This document shows positions 38,173-41,308 of a stretch of DNA of 41,308 nt, one piece after another (positions within the stretch are counted from its first letter, which is position 1; the number at the start of each line of letters is the position of its first letter). This DNA comes from Octopus bimaculoides (taxonomy: Eukaryota). The notes under the pieces are model-generated. The model saw only the letters and a list, made by a program, of their open reading frames with translations. It was not told where the DNA came from and did not search any database. The DNA is taken from NCBI RefSeq assembly GCF_001194135.2, contig NC_068998.1, forward strand, positions 47,474,679 through 47,515,986, read 5' to 3'. Made by a program: the position numbers and the translations under genes.

Positions 38173-38607
38173 NNNNNNNNNNNNNNNNNNNNNNNNNNNN
38201 NNNNNNNNNNNNNNNNNNNNNNNNNNNNNNNNNNNNNNNNNNNNNNNNNNNNNNNNNNNNNNNNNNNNNNNNNNNNNNNNNNNNNNNNNNNNNNNNNNNN
38301 NNNNNNNNNNNNNNNNNNNNNNNNNNNNNNNNNNNNNNNNNNNNNNNNNNNNNNNNNNNNNNNNNNNNNNNNNNNNNNNNNNNNNNNNNNNNNNNNNNNN
38401 NNNNNNNNNNNNNNNNNNNNNNNNNNNNNNNNNNNNNNNNNNNNNNNNNNNNNNNNNNNNNNNNNNNNNNNNNNNNNNNNNNNNNNNNNNNNNNNNNNNN
38501 NNNNNNNNNNNNNNNNNNNNNNNNNNNNNNNNNNNNNNNNNNNNNNNNNNNNNNNNNNNNNNNNNNNNNNNNNNNNNNNNNNNNNNNNNNNNNNNNNNNN
38601 NNNNNNN

Positions 38608-38653
<46 letters not shown>

Positions 38654-38806
38654 AAGCGTAGATAGATGGATGGATTGATAGATTGATAGATAGGTAGATT
38701 GAGAGATAATTAGATGGAATGATGGATGGATGGATAGACGGACAGACAGATTGTAGATAGATAAACAGACAGACAGATTGTAGATAGATAGACAAGACAG
38801 ATTGTT

Positions 38807-38837
<31 letters not shown>

Positions 38838-38858
38838 TCATAGATAGATAGGTGTGTG

Positions 38859-38900
<42 letters not shown>

Positions 38901-39216
38901 TGTATTCAGGTACCTATGTATGCAAGTATGTATGTGTGTAGGGGTGTTGGTGATGGCTGTTGTTTTGCTTGCAACGGTAGTTTTGGTGATGGTGCTAACG
39001 TGGTAGTGGTTGTGGTACTGATGATGGTGGAGGCGGTGATAGTACTGGGGTTGTACTATCATGCGGGGGTGGATCCGTCTGCGGTATATTTGGAGCGTCA
39101 AAGAAACTTCATCTACTTAACCGGAACTAATTGGGAAGGTAGGGGGTCTTTTAAACGCACGGACACTCACGTGCACACGGACGTAAGTCTGTGTTGTGTA
39201 TACGTATACTCCCATA

Positions 39217-39540
39217 TTCTTTTATCTATTTCAGTCATTATGCGGCCATGCTAAAGCACCGCCTTGAAGGATTTTAGTCGAACGAATTGACCCAAGCAGT
39301 TTTTTTCTTGAAAACCTAGTACTTATTCTATCGCTCACTTTTGCCGAATACGGGGACGTAAACACACCAAGACCAGTTGTGAAGCGGTGGTGAGGAACAA
39401 ATACAGACACACACACATTCACACAGATATATGTGTGTATGTACATACGATGGAGTTCTTACAATTTCTATCTCCCAAATCCACTCACGATGCTTTGGAC
39501 GGCCCGAGGTGCCACGCAGTGGGACTCAACCCGAAACCAT
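39217..39540 (-). mobile_element. SINE family A, diverged, with deletions
   Basis: ttcagtcatt..gcggccatgct..agcaccgcc..tagtacttattctatcg..aatccactcac..ggtgccacgcagtgggact. Confidence 0.85.
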
Positions 39541-39561
39541 TCACATACATATATACACACA

Positions 39562-39621
<60 letters not shown>

Positions 39622-39834
39622 CGTACATACATGCATACAAATACACATACACGCACGCACAAACACACATACCCCTACCCACACATGTACCCCCACACAC
39701 ACACCCACACCCACATACACCCACATGCTGCTTTGATTTAAGTTAAATAAAGAAATCTTTATTCCATTGTTGTTTTAGCGTGATAAACAGAGTGTTGAAA
39801 TTAAATTCACAGAAAGAACGAAAACCACAACATC

Positions 39835-39867
39835 AACATCATCATCGACAACAACAACAACAACAGC

Positions 39868-39937
<70 letters not shown>

Positions 39938-40285
39938 GCAGCAGCGGCGGCGATAATAAGAGGCGATTTATGAAAAACCGTCCAAGCGCTCAGTTGGTTG
40001 AACTAAAACAGTTATGTGAGGGTGTATATTTATATATAGCCGTTTAAGTTTAGCCCAAGATTTTATTGATTCGCTGCTATTGTTGTTGTTGTTGTTGTTG
40101 TTGCTGCTGCTGCTGCCACTGCTGCTGCTGCACTTTGTTCTTGTTAGTGGTGGTGGTGCTGGTGGTGGTGGTCGGAATGGTGCTGTTGCCTGCGGTATTA
40201 TTCAGACAATGTTTCCAACCACAAAACAATCGCCGTTACTTCCACCCTCCTCTCCTCCCCACCCCTATCGCTTCTTCTACTACTG

Positions 40286-40339
<54 letters not shown>

Positions 40340-40340
40340 T
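39835..40340. repeat. Trinucleotide microsatellite cluster (AAC/AGC; GTT/GCT/GGT; ACT)
   Basis: Direct reading. Confidence 0.9.
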
Positions 40341-41076
40341 TGGAGTCTGTGTTTTGTTGATTATCGGCCGAGAGACTGTTGCTGGCACCTCCGGCTGCGG
40401 ACTGGGCTTGTGTAACCTTTAATCAGACATTACAAATGTATGTATTATACATACATACATACATACATACATACAAGAACAAGAACAACAAGCATTATTA
40501 AAAGAGAAAAAGAAGCATGGTCATTCCTTATCCAAGTGACCTTATCTTATCGCCCATCACTTGTTATGCGCTCATATATTAGTTTGATAGTTGAGCTCTG
40601 ATTGGTTGTATGCAAACGAGTTTATAACTGGGGTCCGGAACTCTCGTGGGGAAAAAAATTTCGCCGGGTCTATAGTAAAAGCCGAAGATACAGTGCAACA
40701 GAACTGAGCCCAATTCTACATGTGTGGAAAGCAAACTTCTTACCAAAGCTTCCAATCTGTAATTAATTTAATACGTTAGTTAACATTCATTGTTCCTCAA
40801 TTGAAATTAAGGAAGCACTCAAGCGGTTATTGCTAATAATTGTTGACGTCTCAGATACGAGAAGTAAACGATAGTGAAAACTTAGACGAGATCTAAAGGA
40901 TTCTAAGGCAGTTTGCACAGCAGTATAAGATGTAACGAGTAATTATAGCGTTTAGCTGTGGTTTTAGAATTATAACATTTGATTAACACACACACATACA
41001 CGCTCATATTTGTGTGTTTTTATGAATAAATACACACACACCCATATGCGTGTATGTGTCTATATATACATATATA

Positions 41077-41245
41077 ATTTTTTTTTTCTCCGTGTTTTTC
41101 TCCTTGTTTTCTCCTTATTCTTTCTGTTGAAGGGCGTAGCTCGAAATGTTAAAGACTTTCTCTATTCCCGAGCGTTAAACTAATACATCCTTCTGTTGTT
41201 TACACCACCTGTCCTCGTCTGTTGTTGTTTTTTTCGTAAATTGTC

Positions 41246-41250
<5 letters not shown>
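41077..41250 (+). mobile_element. Short dispersed repeat (family F), second copy
   Basis: Homologous to 18406-18575. Confidence 0.8.
41119..41155 (+). ncRNA. Hammerhead-like motif of family F, decayed copy
   Basis: UCUUU-CUGUUGA-A-GGGC(GUA)GCUC-GAA-AUGU-U-AAAGA; differs from the 18444 copy by three transitions. Confidence 0.5.
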
Positions 41251-41279
<29 letters not shown>

Positions 41280-41308
41280 ACATACCTACAACCATACATA
41301 TATATATA

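Noticed and set aside
40595-40625. CCAAT box plus octamer-like ATGCAAAC as a promoter
   Set aside because: Short motifs with no linked gene or TSS evidence.

Overview
Eukaryotic (metazoan) non-coding DNA, AT-rich, saturated with microsatellites and broken by about 19 N-gaps that mostly open at microsatellites (short-read scaffold). The SINE and simple-repeat landscape looks like Octopus (coleoid cephalopod); this is inferred from recalled repeat families, not searched. No host protein-coding exon can be supported: nearly all track ORFs are gap or microsatellite artefacts. Supported content: (i) many tRNA-headed SINEs of at least four body/tail types; (ii) decayed transposase/retroelement remnants (mariner, pogo/Tigger, RLE-type R4/Dong-like LINE, RTE-like 3' end, a possible hAT MITE). 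Most interesting: (a) five minimal type I hammerhead-ribozyme-like folds in four unrelated short sequence contexts, several with the palindromic or loop-less helix III typical of Penelope-like-element hammerheads; one (30913-30979, minus) keeps an intact CUGAAGA/GAAA core; (b) a ~0.9 kb TA-flanked mariner derivative made of two diverged LEFT ends joined head-to-head, whose junction recurs in a second, ~8% divergent copy. All alignments, folds and identities were done by eye.
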